NCBI GenBank assembly: GCA_041568755.1
Contig: JBFFZF010000002.1
Span: 1-63,787 of the forward strand
DNA from: Longimicrobiales bacterium
GTDB lineage: Bacteria > Gemmatimonadota > Gemmatimonadetes > Longimicrobiales > RSA9
Length of the DNA: 63,787 nucleotides
Direction of reading: 5' to 3'
Positions 1 to 8,233 of this stretch are shown here, piece by piece. The notes beneath the pieces were generated by a model. The model was not told where the DNA came from and made no database searches. It saw nothing but the letters and a program-made list of their open reading frames with translations. How positions within the stretch are numbered: the stretch's first letter is position 1; every line of letters starts with the position of its first letter. The position numbers were made by a program, and so were the translations under genes.

Positions 1-204
1 GCCGCCGAAGCCGCCGCCGAAGCCGCCCGCGCCGGGCGCGAAGAAGGCTGCGAGCCGTGGTGATGCGCCACCGCCTCCGCCTCCGGGTGGGGGACGTGGC
101 GGGCCGCCGAAGCCGCCGCCGAAGCCGCCCGCGCCGGGCGCGAAGAAGGCTGCGAGCCGTGGTGATGCGCCACCGCCTCCGCCTCCGGGTGGGGGACGTG
201 GCGG
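1..204. repeat. Perfect 102-bp tandem duplication (units 1-102 and 103-204); it may continue upstream of the window
   Basis: Base-by-base comparison shows the two units are identical. A diverged partial third unit starts at 205. The period of 102 is 34 codons. Confidence 0.9.
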
Positions 205-277
205 AGCGCCGAAGCCCCCCCCGCCCGGCGGCATCGGCGGACCCAAGAAGCCGTCGTTCCCGCGGCGAGGCCGCTAG
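2..277 (+). CDS. Partial CDS (3' end): Pro/Lys/Gly-rich low-complexity tail with a duplicated 34-aa unit (PPKPPPKPPAPGAKKAASRGDAPPPPPPGGGRGG), ending ...GGPKKPSFPRRGR*
   Basis: Frame 2 is open from the window edge to TAG at 275-277 and is followed by a hairpin at 332-359. The ORF is absent from the track because it has no start inside the window. A Gly-rich reading on the minus strand from ATG 234 is also open, so strand and frame are uncertain. Confidence 0.35.
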   Translation, partial: PPKPPPKPPAPGAKKAASRGDAPPPPPPGGGRGGPPKPPPKPPAPGAKKAASRGDAPPPPPPGGGRGGAPKPPPPGGIGGPKKPSFPRRGR

Positions 278-331
278 CAATCGAGTCGCGTGGCGCCCGC
301 CCGCGGGCGTCCGCATGACCGCAATTCCGTG

Positions 332-359
332 ACCGCCCGGCCCGACGTGGCCGGGCGGT
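332..359 (+). terminator. Terminator-like hairpin (11-bp perfect GC stem, 6-nt loop)
   Basis: accgcccggcc / cgacgt / ggccgggcggt. It lies 55 nt after the TAG at 275-277. The downstream T-tract is weak. Confidence 0.45.
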
Positions 360-390
360 TCATCGGCCTTCCGCCCTGAAGGAGCCAGCC

Positions 391-3300
391 ATGACACCCA
401 CGGGGGCGCGTACGAAGCGCGCACTTTCCATCGGCATCGACGCCTACGAAAAGATCAGTGTTCTCGACGGTTGCGTGAACGACGTGAAGCTGATGCGTCA
501 GGTCCTGACCGAGGTGTTCGGCTTCGACGAAGCGAACATGACGCTGCTGACGAACGAGCAGGCGAACCGGGTCAACATCCTGGCCGCGCTCGACACGTTG
601 ATCGAGCAGACCGGGGAAGGCGACATCGTGGTCATCCATTACGCGGGCCACGGCTCGCAGATGACGGACCTGGAAGGCGATGAGCCGAGCGGGCTGGACA
701 GCACGATCATGCCGGTGAACAGCGAGGGGTGGAGTGGTGACAACCACGACATCACGGACGATGAGATCCACCTGCGGCTGCTCAAGCTGGGTGAGAAGAC
801 GGACTACATCACGCTGATCTTCGACTGTTGTCACTCGGGCACGATCACGCGCGACGCCTTTGGCGGGAAAGCCCGTTCGGCGCCGGCGGACCGGCGCCCG
901 CCGGAAGAGATCCGCGCGATGCGTCAGAGGCTGGGCATCGCACTGCTCGACCGGAGCAACCCGCGCAGGAACGGGCCGAGCGGCCTGCTGCCGCTGTCCG
1001 GCAAATACGTGCTCATGTCCGGCTGCCGGGACGAGGAGCTGTCCTACGAACACAAGCCGGAAGAGCTGGGCGGCGAGACGGCGCACGGCGCGCTGACCTG
1101 GTTCCTGACCAACGAGTTGCGGCGCGCGACGCCCGGCACGACGTACCGGGATGTGTACGAGCGCGCCGCCGCAAACGTCACGGCCGCGAACCGGCGGCAG
1201 CACCCGCAGATGGAGGGCACGGCGGATCGCGAGATCTTCGGCATCCGGGATTTCGAGCCGATGCGTTTCGTGCGCGTGCTGCGGAGGTCTGGCCAGACGG
1301 TGACGCTCGGCGCGGGCGCGGCGTTCGGCGTGACCGCAGGCTCGAAGTACGACGTACACACCCAGGGCACGAAGCAGACCGAGGGCGTCGAGCGGCTGGG
1401 CGAGATCGAAGTCACGTCGGTCCAGGCGACGACGGCGCAGGCCAAGATCGTCGAGGAGTCGGCGCCCGATGCGATCGCCGCGGATGCGCGCGCGTTCGAG
1501 ACGGAGCACGTGTACGGCGACATGCGCCTGGCCGTCGAGGTCGTCGCGCCGCCGGCGCTCGAAGCCGAGGGCAAGGCGCTGATCGAACGGATCGAGGCTT
1601 CGAAATCGGTGAAGCTGGCCGATGCCGGACAGGGCGCGACGATGCGGGCGTACCTGCTGGCCGCGCGTGCGGAGGTCGGGGCGGATGCGCCGGCGCCGCA
1701 GCTCGGCGCGTTGGCCGGGCCGACGTGGGCCGTGGTGCGCGAAGATGGCGAGCTGGCCATGCCGCCCAAGACGCCCGCACAGCTCAAGGACGTCGTCGCG
1801 AACCTCGAGACGATCGCGCGTTATCGGCTGGCCCTCGGGCTGGTGAACCCGGACCCTGACAGCAGGCTGGCCGCACCCGTCGAGGAGGACGGGCAGCTGC
1901 TGCCGCGCTTCGAGATCCAGCTTTTGCGACCGGGCGACGCAGAAGGCGAGTGGGTGGTCGCGGAGCCGGACCCGGACACGAGCCAGATCGTGTTCGAGGC
2001 GATGGATCCGCCGTCCGAGGAGCAGGAGCGCGAGTGGGAAGAGACCGGCGACTACCCGCCGCCGAATTTCGGCGTGCGCATCATCAGCCGGCACGACAAG
2101 CCGGTCTTCGCGACCATGCTCGACTTCGGCGTGGCGGGCGCGATCTCACTTCTGTATCCGGCGCCCGGCGCGCAGGAGATGCTGCGCGAGAACGGCAACT
2201 TCAGCGTGACCGATCTGTTGCCGCTGTCGTTTCCGACGGTGTTTCCCTTCGCGGAGGACCCCGTCCACGGGGGCGCGGCCGAAGGAACGGAGACGATCAA
2301 GCTGATCATCACGACGAAGAGCGCCGACTTCAGCTTCCTCAGGCAGGAGAGCGTGCGGTCAGCCGCGGTGCGTGCGCCGTCGCCGCTCGAGTCGCTGTGG
2401 GAGTCCGCGGCCAAGGGGAGCGCGACGCGGGACGCGAAGCGGCGGCCCACGAAGCCGAAAACCGAGGCGGAGGACTGGACGACGGTCGTGAAGCCGTTCG
2501 TGCTGCGCCGGCGGACCGGCGCCCCGCTGGACGCGAGCGGCGAGCCGGTGAAGCTGGGCACGGTGGCGCTGAAGACCGACGGGCTCAGCGGCGAGGCGAC
2601 GCTGCACACGGAGCGAGGCCGTGCGGCCGCGGCCGCCCTCCAGGCCGGTGGCCTGCTGGGTGCGCTCGAAGCCGAGAACGTCGAGCTGCGCCAGACCGTG
2701 AGCCTGTCGAACACACGGGAGACCGGGCCGGCCTCGCGGTCGGCACGCGGCGCACCCGCGATCGAGGTGCAGATCGAGGATCCGGGAGCAGGCCGCGGCC
2801 AGATGCTGCTCACGACGGATGAGACCGGCGCCGTGTCCTGGGTGTTCGCGGAGCCGGCGCCGGCCGGCGCGCGCGGCGGACCGCCGGTACCCGGTGGTGC
2901 GCGCACGTACGTGATTCCGCGCGCGAAGGCGACCGCGCCGGCCGGCGAGCCGGGCGCGCGCGGCGTGATCGGTGCGGTCGGCCGCAAGCTGCTCAAGGAG
3001 CTGGTGTTCCCGCTGGTCGATCCGCTGATCGGCGCCGTCACGGAGACGTTCGTCGGCCGCTGGGAGGCGCGCAACCGGCCGTACGGGATCCGCACGTTCA
3101 CGCCGGACGACTACACGCAAGCCGTGGACCACGCGCAGGCCTCCGCCGGGCAGATCGACGGCGAGGGCTGGAAGCGGCTGGGGGCCGGTCGCGCTCTGCT
3201 CCTGGTGCATGGCACGTTCAGCCGCGCGCACAGCGCGTTCGGCGCGTTGCCACGCGAGTCCGTGGAGGCGCTGCACGCGCTTTACGACGGCCGCGTCTTC

Positions 3301-4005
3301 GCGCTGGATCACTTCACGCTGTCGCAGGATCCGAAGCAGAACGTGAACTGGCTGCTCGATCGCCTGCCCGGCGACGCGTCTCTGGATGTCGACATCATCT
3401 GTCACTCGCGCGGCGGTCTGGTCAGCCGGGTCCTGAACGAGAAGCAGAGCGAACTGAGCCTGGGCTCGCGCAGCCTGCGTGTCGGGCGGATCATCTTCGT
3501 AGGATCGCCGAACGCGGGGACGATCCTGGCGGACGGCGACCACGTGGGCGATCTGATCGACACGTACACGAACATCGCGAACTTCATCCCGGACATCGGA
3601 GTGAGCGACGTGATCTCCGGCGTGATCACGGTGGCCAAGCAGATCGCGGTGGGCGCGGTCGGCGGCCTCAAGGGTCTGCAGTCGATGCGACCGGAGGGCG
3701 ACTTCGGCCAGTGGCTGAACGCCGGCGATCGCGCCGGCGACACGCGCTACTTCGCTCTCACGTCCGACTACACACCGGCCGAGCCCGGTCTGGCCAACTT
3801 CGCGAAGAACCGGCTCATGGATCTGATCTTCAAGGGTCCGAACGATCTGGTCGTGCCCACGAACGGCGTGTTCGAGGACAACGGGTCCGGTTTCTTCCCG
3901 ATCGAGGATCGCCACGTCTTCACCGGCACGGACGGCATCGCGCACACGGCGTTCTTCGGGAACCGCGCGGCGCGGGACAAGATGATGAGTTGGCTGCAGG
4001 CGTAG
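391..4005 (+). CDS. Multidomain protein: N-terminal peptidase C14 (orthocaspase/metacaspase-like), central DUF4384-like region, C-terminal alpha/beta-hydrolase (lipase/esterase-like)
   Basis: An AAGGAG Shine-Dalgarno (SD) sequence lies 7 nt upstream of the ATG. The caspase dyad context is IVVIHYAGHGSQ and LIFDCCHSG. The C-terminus has LLLVHGTFS (oxyanion-hole type), the nucleophile elbow ICHSRGG, and later NDLVVP and GIAHTAFF. I see no signal peptide or TM segment. Confidence 0.85.
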   Translation: MTPTGARTKRALSIGIDAYEKISVLDGCVNDVKLMRQVLTEVFGFDEANMTLLTNEQANRVNILAALDTLIEQTGEGDIVVIHYAGHGSQMTDLEGDEPSGLDSTIMPVNSEGWSGDNHDITDDEIHLRLLKLGEKTDYITLIFDCCHSGTITRDAFGGKARSAPADRRPPEEIRAMRQRLGIALLDRSNPRRNGPSGLLPLSGKYVLMSGCRDEELSYEHKPEELGGETAHGALTWFLTNELRRATPGTTYRDVYERAAANVTAANRRQHPQMEGTADREIFGIRDFEPMRFVRVLRRSGQTVTLGAGAAFGVTAGSKYDVHTQGTKQTEGVERLGEIEVTSVQATTAQAKIVEESAPDAIAADARAFETEHVYGDMRLAVEVVAPPALEAEGKALIERIEASKSVKLADAGQGATMRAYLLAARAEVGADAPAPQLGALAGPTWAVVREDGELAMPPKTPAQLKDVVANLETIARYRLALGLVNPDPDSRLAAPVEEDGQLLPRFEIQLLRPGDAEGEWVVAEPDPDTSQIVFEAMDPPSEEQEREWEETGDYPPPNFGVRIISRHDKPVFATMLDFGVAGAISLLYPAPGAQEMLRENGNFSVTDLLPLSFPTVFPFAEDPVHGGAAEGTETIKLIITTKSADFSFLRQESVRSAAVRAPSPLESLWESAAKGSATRDAKRRPTKPKTEAEDWTTVVKPFVLRRRTGAPLDASGEPVKLGTVALKTDGLSGEATLHTERGRAAAAALQAGGLLGALEAENVELRQTVSLSNTRETGPASRSARGAPAIEVQIEDPGAGRGQMLLTTDETGAVSWVFAEPAPAGARGGPPVPGGARTYVIPRAKATAPAGEPGARGVIGAVGRKLLKELVFPLVDPLIGAVTETFVGRWEARNRPYGIRTFTPDDYTQAVDHAQASAGQIDGEGWKRLGAGRALLLVHGTFSRAHSAFGALPRESVEALHALYDGRVFALDHFTLSQDPKQNVNWLLDRLPGDASLDVDIICHSRGGLVSRVLNEKQSELSLGSRSLRVGRIIFVGSPNAGTILADGDHVGDLIDTYTNIANFIPDIGVSDVISGVITVAKQIAVGAVGGLKGLQSMRPEGDFGQWLNAGDRAGDTRYFALTSDYTPAEPGLANFAKNRLMDLIFKGPNDLVVPTNGVFEDNGSGFFPIEDRHVFTGTDGIAHTAFFGNRAARDKMMSWLQA

Positions 4006-4092
4006 CGCCGCGTCCGGGCTGGCTGCAGCGGGAGCCGGCGAGGCGGCCCGGCCGGGATGACGCCCGGCCGGGCCGTACTCATGCCGCGTGAC

Positions 4093-4950
4093 TCAGAAGT
4101 TCACGACGAGCGCGACGGTGAACACGCTGTCCAGTTCGTTCAGTGGCGTCGCCACGTTCTGGCCGGTGGGCGCGCCGCCGCTGGTCTGGAGCGGGACGAG
4201 GACGAGCGACGGCTGATTGTCGAACAGCAGCTGCAGGCTGGTCTTGAGAGCCAGGCTGTTGCTCAGCGCGACCGCGATCGAGTTGGTCCAGTCGGCGCGC
4301 AGGTCCTCCGTCTCGTTCAGATTCTCATCGACGAGCAGATTGCTGGTGAAGCGCGTGGTCGAGGACAAAGCCCGCTGTGCTTCGGCGGAAATGCGCAGCC
4401 CCGCGAACGAGTCCTTCCGGGTCGGATCTTCGACCACATCGTCCTGGAACGTGTACGTGAAGCCGTAGTCCGTCTTGAAGACCGTGTTCTCGGTGTCGAC
4501 CCACGAATTGCCGGCCCCGGCGATGACGCCATACCGGTTCTGCACGCCCGCGAACGTGTTGCGGTTCCAGCCGGCGCCGCCGAACAGGAACATGCGCGGG
4601 CTGAGCGAACGGTCGTAGCGTGCCCGTGCGTAGTAGGACTCCGCGGTCAGCGCACTCGTCTCCGTCTCGTTGACGACGAAGCTGGACGCGGTGCCGCGCG
4701 CCGAGCGGGTGCGCGTCGAGGATTCGGTGCGCAGGCCACCGGCCTCGAAGCGGAAGCGGGCGGACTCCCAGAGCCTGCGCAGGTCGTTCTTGAGGCCGAA
4801 CGTGCTGGCCGCCGAATTGCCACCGGTCCAGACCGAGGTCAGTTCCGTCGTATTGTACCAGCCGGGCGGCGGCGGGTCCTGCGCCATGGCCGCGCCCGGC
4901 AAGAGCATCGAGAGTACACCCGCAAAAACGCAATGAACGACTCGCAGCAT
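4093..4950 (-). CDS. DUF481 (YdiY-like) outer-membrane beta-barrel protein
   Basis: Signal peptide ...LLPGAAMAQD, alternating beta-strand pattern, C-terminal ...ALVVNF. The overall pattern matches DUF481 from memory. Confidence 0.7.
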   Translation of the reverse strand: MLRVVHCVFAGVLSMLLPGAAMAQDPPPPGWYNTTELTSVWTGGNSAASTFGLKNDLRRLWESARFRFEAGGLRTESSTRTRSARGTASSFVVNETETSALTAESYYARARYDRSLSPRMFLFGGAGWNRNTFAGVQNRYGVIAGAGNSWVDTENTVFKTDYGFTYTFQDDVVEDPTRKDSFAGLRISAEAQRALSSTTRFTSNLLVDENLNETEDLRADWTNSIAVALSNSLALKTSLQLLFDNQPSLVLVPLQTSGGAPTGQNVATPLNELDSVFTVALVVNF

Positions 4951-4992
4951 CAGATTCTCCTGGATCGTGTTGCAGGGAACGTCGGTCCGGCT

Positions 4993-5805
4993 CTATTGCC
5001 GAACCACATCGTCGAAGTAGCGGCTGTTGGAAATGCCGATGAGTCTGCCTTCGTGCTCGATGAGCGTCTGCGTGGGCGTGATCGAGTGGAGGATGCCCCG
5101 CTGGCCGCCCAGCTCGATATCCTCGCCGACGCGGAAGCTCTGCCGCACGTAGAAGCCCGCAAGCATGTTGCGGGTGATGTCTCGGGAGCCGAGGCCGAGG
5201 GACAGGCCGAATGCGAGGGCGAGGCCGCCGAGCAGGGCCGTCGAGACGAGGCGCACCATCTCGGTATCAATGCGCAGCTGGCTGACGGCCATCACGCCGA
5301 GAACGAAGAACAGGATCGCGGTCACGAGCCGGCCGAGCGAGCCGGCGAACTCGATGCCGGAGTTGTCGGCGGCCTGGGTCACGGCCCCGCCGGCCCACTG
5401 AGCCGCGGCTCCGCCCAGCACGAGGATGAGCAGGGCGGCAATGATGTTGGGCACGAAGGCCATGAACGTGGCGATCGCGCTGGAGATCGCGACCAGGCCG
5501 AGCGCGTCGGCGGCCGTGCGGGCGAACAGGATGAGCAGCAGGTAGTAGATGACGCGCGGGACGATCTGGTTGATCGATTCGCGCACGCCGAGCCGCTGCA
5601 GTCCCTGTTCGATTCCCACGCGTGCGAGGAGCGCGTCGAAGTGTACGCGCACGAGAATGGCGCGCAGGATCTTCTCGATGAGTCGGGCGACGACGAGCGC
5701 GAGGATGATGAGGCCGATCGCGCCGACCACGCGCGGTGCGGCGCCGACGATCGTCTCGAGCGTGTCCTGCAGCATCGTGGTCCAGATCTGTCGAAGTTCA
5801 GGCAT
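4993..5805 (-). CDS. MscS-like mechanosensitive channel family protein (conserved TM-helix repeat type)
   Basis: Several TM helices are followed by an MscS beta-domain-like segment (VGEDIELGGQRGILHSITPTQTLIEHEGRLIGISNS). The start overlaps the upstream ORF by 8 nt. Confidence 0.7.
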   Translation of the reverse strand: MPELRQIWTTMLQDTLETIVGAAPRVVGAIGLIILALVVARLIEKILRAILVRVHFDALLARVGIEQGLQRLGVRESINQIVPRVIYYLLLILFARTAADALGLVAISSAIATFMAFVPNIIAALLILVLGGAAAQWAGGAVTQAADNSGIEFAGSLGRLVTAILFFVLGVMAVSQLRIDTEMVRLVSTALLGGLALAFGLSLGLGSRDITRNMLAGFYVRQSFRVGEDIELGGQRGILHSITPTQTLIEHEGRLIGISNSRYFDDVVRQ

Positions 5806-6028
5806 GCTCGTCCTCCCGTTGGTTGTTTCTCTGGGCCAGCCACTGGAAGACGAGTCGGACGAACTCCAGCACGACGGTCGCGGGGGCGCTCCACGTGAGC
5901 TCGGTGGCCCGGGCCGAGAGCAGACGCCGATGGATCGACCGGCGCACCGCGGCGGAGAGGCCGGGCTCGGCCTCCCAGGCCAGGTCCTGGAGCTCGGGCG
6001 TCAGGTCGTCCTTTTCGTCTTCAGCCAT
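5798..6028 (-). CDS. Small protein, possible anti-sigma factor
   Basis: 76 aa with an acidic N-terminus and one hydrophobic segment. Its ATG shares one base with the sigma-factor stop (TGATG). The assignment rests on position only. Confidence 0.45.
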   Translation of the reverse strand: MAEDEKDDLTPELQDLAWEAEPGLSAAVRRSIHRRLLSARATELTWSAPATVVLEFVRLVFQWLAQRNNQREDEHA

Positions 6029-6606
6029 CAGTCTTCGAGTTCATCATACTGCTTGCGGAACTCCTCGCGGCCTCTGCGGATGCGCATCTTGACGGCAGAG
6101 AGACCGATGCCGAGTTCGTCGGCGATCTCCTGGTAGGAGAAGCCGTCGAGCTCGCGCATCACGAGGGGCACGCGCAGCGTGTCCGGTATCGCATCCAGAA
6201 CGGCGGCCACGCGGCGTCGGTCGTCGATGGCGTCGGTCCTTGCCTCAGCCCGCGGCGTCACCGCCAGCGCGCGTTCGCCGCCGGTCTCGGCGGTGTCGAG
6301 ATCCACGTACGAGCGCTGCTTGCGGGCGCGCAACCAGTTCAGGCAATGGTTGACCTTGATGCGGTCGAGCCATGTCCGGAACCGTGCACGCTCTTCGAAC
6401 CTGTGCAGCGCGAAGTAGGCCTTGACCAGAACTTCCTGCGTCAGGTCCTGGGCGTCGGCCTCCGAGCCGGACAGGTAGCGGCAGTTGGCCGCGACGCCAT
6501 GCTGGTGGCGCTCGATGAGCATCTCGAACGCGCGCGTGTCGTCACGCGGCGCCGCGCGGGCGCGTGCCACCAGCGCCTCGTCCGGGATCGTCGTATCGTC
6601 GGCCAT
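6028..6606 (-). CDS. ECF-type RNA polymerase sigma-70 family factor
   Basis: Region 2 (DLTQEVLVKAYFALHRFEERARFRTWLDRIKVNHCLNWLR) and region 4 (ELDGFSYQEIADELGIGLSAVKMRIRRG) motifs are present. Confidence 0.9.
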   Translation of the reverse strand: MADDTTIPDEALVARARAAPRDDTRAFEMLIERHQHGVAANCRYLSGSEADAQDLTQEVLVKAYFALHRFEERARFRTWLDRIKVNHCLNWLRARKQRSYVDLDTAETGGERALAVTPRAEARTDAIDDRRRVAAVLDAIPDTLRVPLVMRELDGFSYQEIADELGIGLSAVKMRIRRGREEFRKQYDELED

Positions 6607-6639
6607 GGATCCTCTCCACTGACACCGAGGGCGGGGGAG

Positions 6640-6661
6640 AAGTCACATCGCGATGTGACTT
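6640..6661. promoter_or_regulatory. 22-bp perfect palindrome aagtcacatcgcgatgtgactt (candidate operator or 5'-UTR hairpin)
   Basis: Perfect dyad 34 nt upstream of the sigma-factor ATG, in the divergent region shared with mscL. Confidence 0.5.
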
Positions 6662-6891
6662 TTGGCATGACGCGCGGGTCAATAGGTTCGCAGGCGCGGC
6701 GTCCGGCAAGGGCGAGCGCGGTGGCGGGCCGGCTCCGGGCCTGGGGTTCGAGGCAGGCGCAGGCCCGATGCTCCTCGCGACGGGCCGGCCGGTCCGCACG
6801 GCCGGATCCGTGTCCGGGCGGCAGGATGCCCGGTGGACGGTGCGGCCGGGGCCCCGCCGGAGGGGTCCCGATCAACTCTCAGGGAAAGGAG

Positions 6892-7335
6892 ATGGGCATG
6901 CTGAAGGAGTTCAAGGAGTTCGCCATCAGGGGCAACGTCCTCGACATGGCGGTGGGCATCGTGCTGGGGGCCGCGTTCGGCACGATCGTGACCTCGTTCG
7001 TGAAGGATGTGCTGATGCCGCCGATCGGCCTGCTGCTGGGCGGCGTCGACTTCACGGAGAAGTTCATCCTTCTGAGTGCGGGCGATCCTGGCGCACCTTA
7101 CGCGACGCTTGCCGCCGCGCAGGAGGCCGGAGCCGTCACGCTCAACTGGGGCATCTTCGTGAACGCGATCATCGCCTTCCTGATCATCGCCTTCGCCGTG
7201 TTCATGGTGGTGCGGAGCTTCAACGCCGCGAAGAAGAACGCCGAGAAGGAAGAAGAAGCCGGCCCGCCGCCGCCGCCGCCCGCGCAGGAAGTCCTGCTGG
7301 GCGAGATCCGCGATCTGCTCAAGCAGCGCGCCTAG
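6892..7335 (+). CDS. mscL: Large-conductance mechanosensitive channel MscL
   Basis: MGMLKEFKEFAIRGNVLDMAVGIVLGAAFGTIVTSFVKDVLMPPIG is the canonical MscL N-terminus. An AGGAGA SD lies just upstream. The track ORF (6346-) is an N-terminal over-extension. Confidence 0.93.
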   Translation: MGMLKEFKEFAIRGNVLDMAVGIVLGAAFGTIVTSFVKDVLMPPIGLLLGGVDFTEKFILLSAGDPGAPYATLAAAQEAGAVTLNWGIFVNAIIAFLIIAFAVFMVVRSFNAAKKNAEKEEEAGPPPPPPAQEVLLGEIRDLLKQRA

Positions 7336-7360
7336 TCTCTGACCGGTTCGCAGCATCGGA

Positions 7361-7402
7361 ACGGCCCGATTCCCCGCGGGGGATCGGGCCGTCCGCTTTC
7401 TT
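7361..7402 (+). terminator. Rho-independent-like terminator after mscL
   Basis: GC hairpin acggcccgattcccc...ggggatcgggccgt followed by the T-rich cgctttcttcc. Confidence 0.6.
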
Positions 7403-7498
7403 CCCGTCCCGCCTCCGAGCCGGAACCGCGCAGCCCGGCCGACGCCCGCGGTCCCGCCGTCGGTTGCGGCGAGGGGTTGGCGGCCGCATTCTGGCAGG

Positions 7499-8218
7499 AT
7501 GGGACGGCGTTTCCGTGGCACGGCTGGTCGTGGGTCCGGACGCGCCGGCGATTCGCGCGCCGGCGTCCGCCGCAGTGTTGTCTGCTGGGTCGGCATCCTC
7601 CTTCTCGCGTCGAACGGGTGTGCGCCGTCGGGGGGCGACCGGTCCGATGCGGGCGCGCCGGATGCCGCTGCGGTATCCATCTCAGAACTGCCCCGTTCCG
7701 ATGTCACGAGCCCCGATCGAGAACGCTGGTACGCCGTGCTGCAATGGCCGGAGACGTGCGAGCAGGCGTTCGTCACGACGCACGCCTCTTACGACGGCGG
7801 GCTCACCTTCCACCGGCTGGCCGACGGCGTGACCCTCGTCCAGGTAACCTGCGCCGCCGGCGCGTATCAGGGGTCCAGCGTGTTCGTCCGCCTGGACGAG
7901 ACGACCGAACCCGCCGTTGCACGCACGCTGACCTTCACAACATTCACGTCGGCGGACGGGGCCACACTGGAGCCGGACGAAACGGTCGAGGTGTGGGGCG
8001 AAACGACTGTTCTGGCCGAGACGCAGCAGCTGACGGTACTGACCGTCGCGCGGCAGCTGCGCGACTGCGGAACGTGGGCCCGCTACGCACTCGATGCGCC
8101 GGAGCCGCGGGTGGTGGAGGTGTTCGCGCAGGTCGTGTGTCCCGAGGAGCCGGGACCGCCGGCGCAGCCCGAACCGGGCAGGCCGCCGGACGGATGGGTG
8201 AGGATCCCCACGAACTGA
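7499..8218 (+). CDS. Cys-containing lipoprotein of unknown function
   Basis: Lipobox LLLASNGC and conserved-looking Cys residues. The true start is probably internal (around VRRSVVCWVG...). The gene ends 15 nt before the GH19-like gene. Confidence 0.55.
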   Translation: MGRRFRGTAGRGSGRAGDSRAGVRRSVVCWVGILLLASNGCAPSGGDRSDAGAPDAAAVSISELPRSDVTSPDRERWYAVLQWPETCEQAFVTTHASYDGGLTFHRLADGVTLVQVTCAAGAYQGSSVFVRLDETTEPAVARTLTFTTFTSADGATLEPDETVEVWGETTVLAETQQLTVLTVARQLRDCGTWARYALDAPEPRVVEVFAQVVCPEEPGPPAQPEPGRPPDGWVRIPTN

Positions 8219-8233
8219 GAGAGGAGCACGCAC

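Noticed and set aside
57-332. 91-aa ORF MVMRHRLRLRVGDVAGRRSRRRS...
   Set aside because: It is an Arg-rich translation of the tandem repeat in the wrong frame. Frame 2 (Pro/Lys-rich tail ending at 277) or the opposite strand is more plausible.
274-5898. Long ORFs 274-2094(-), 2052-3101(-), 2359-3945(-) and 4057-5898(+)
   Set aside because: They are antisense to the caspase-hydrolase, DUF481 and MscS-like genes. Low-complexity Arg/His/Asp-rich translations mark them as shadow ORFs.
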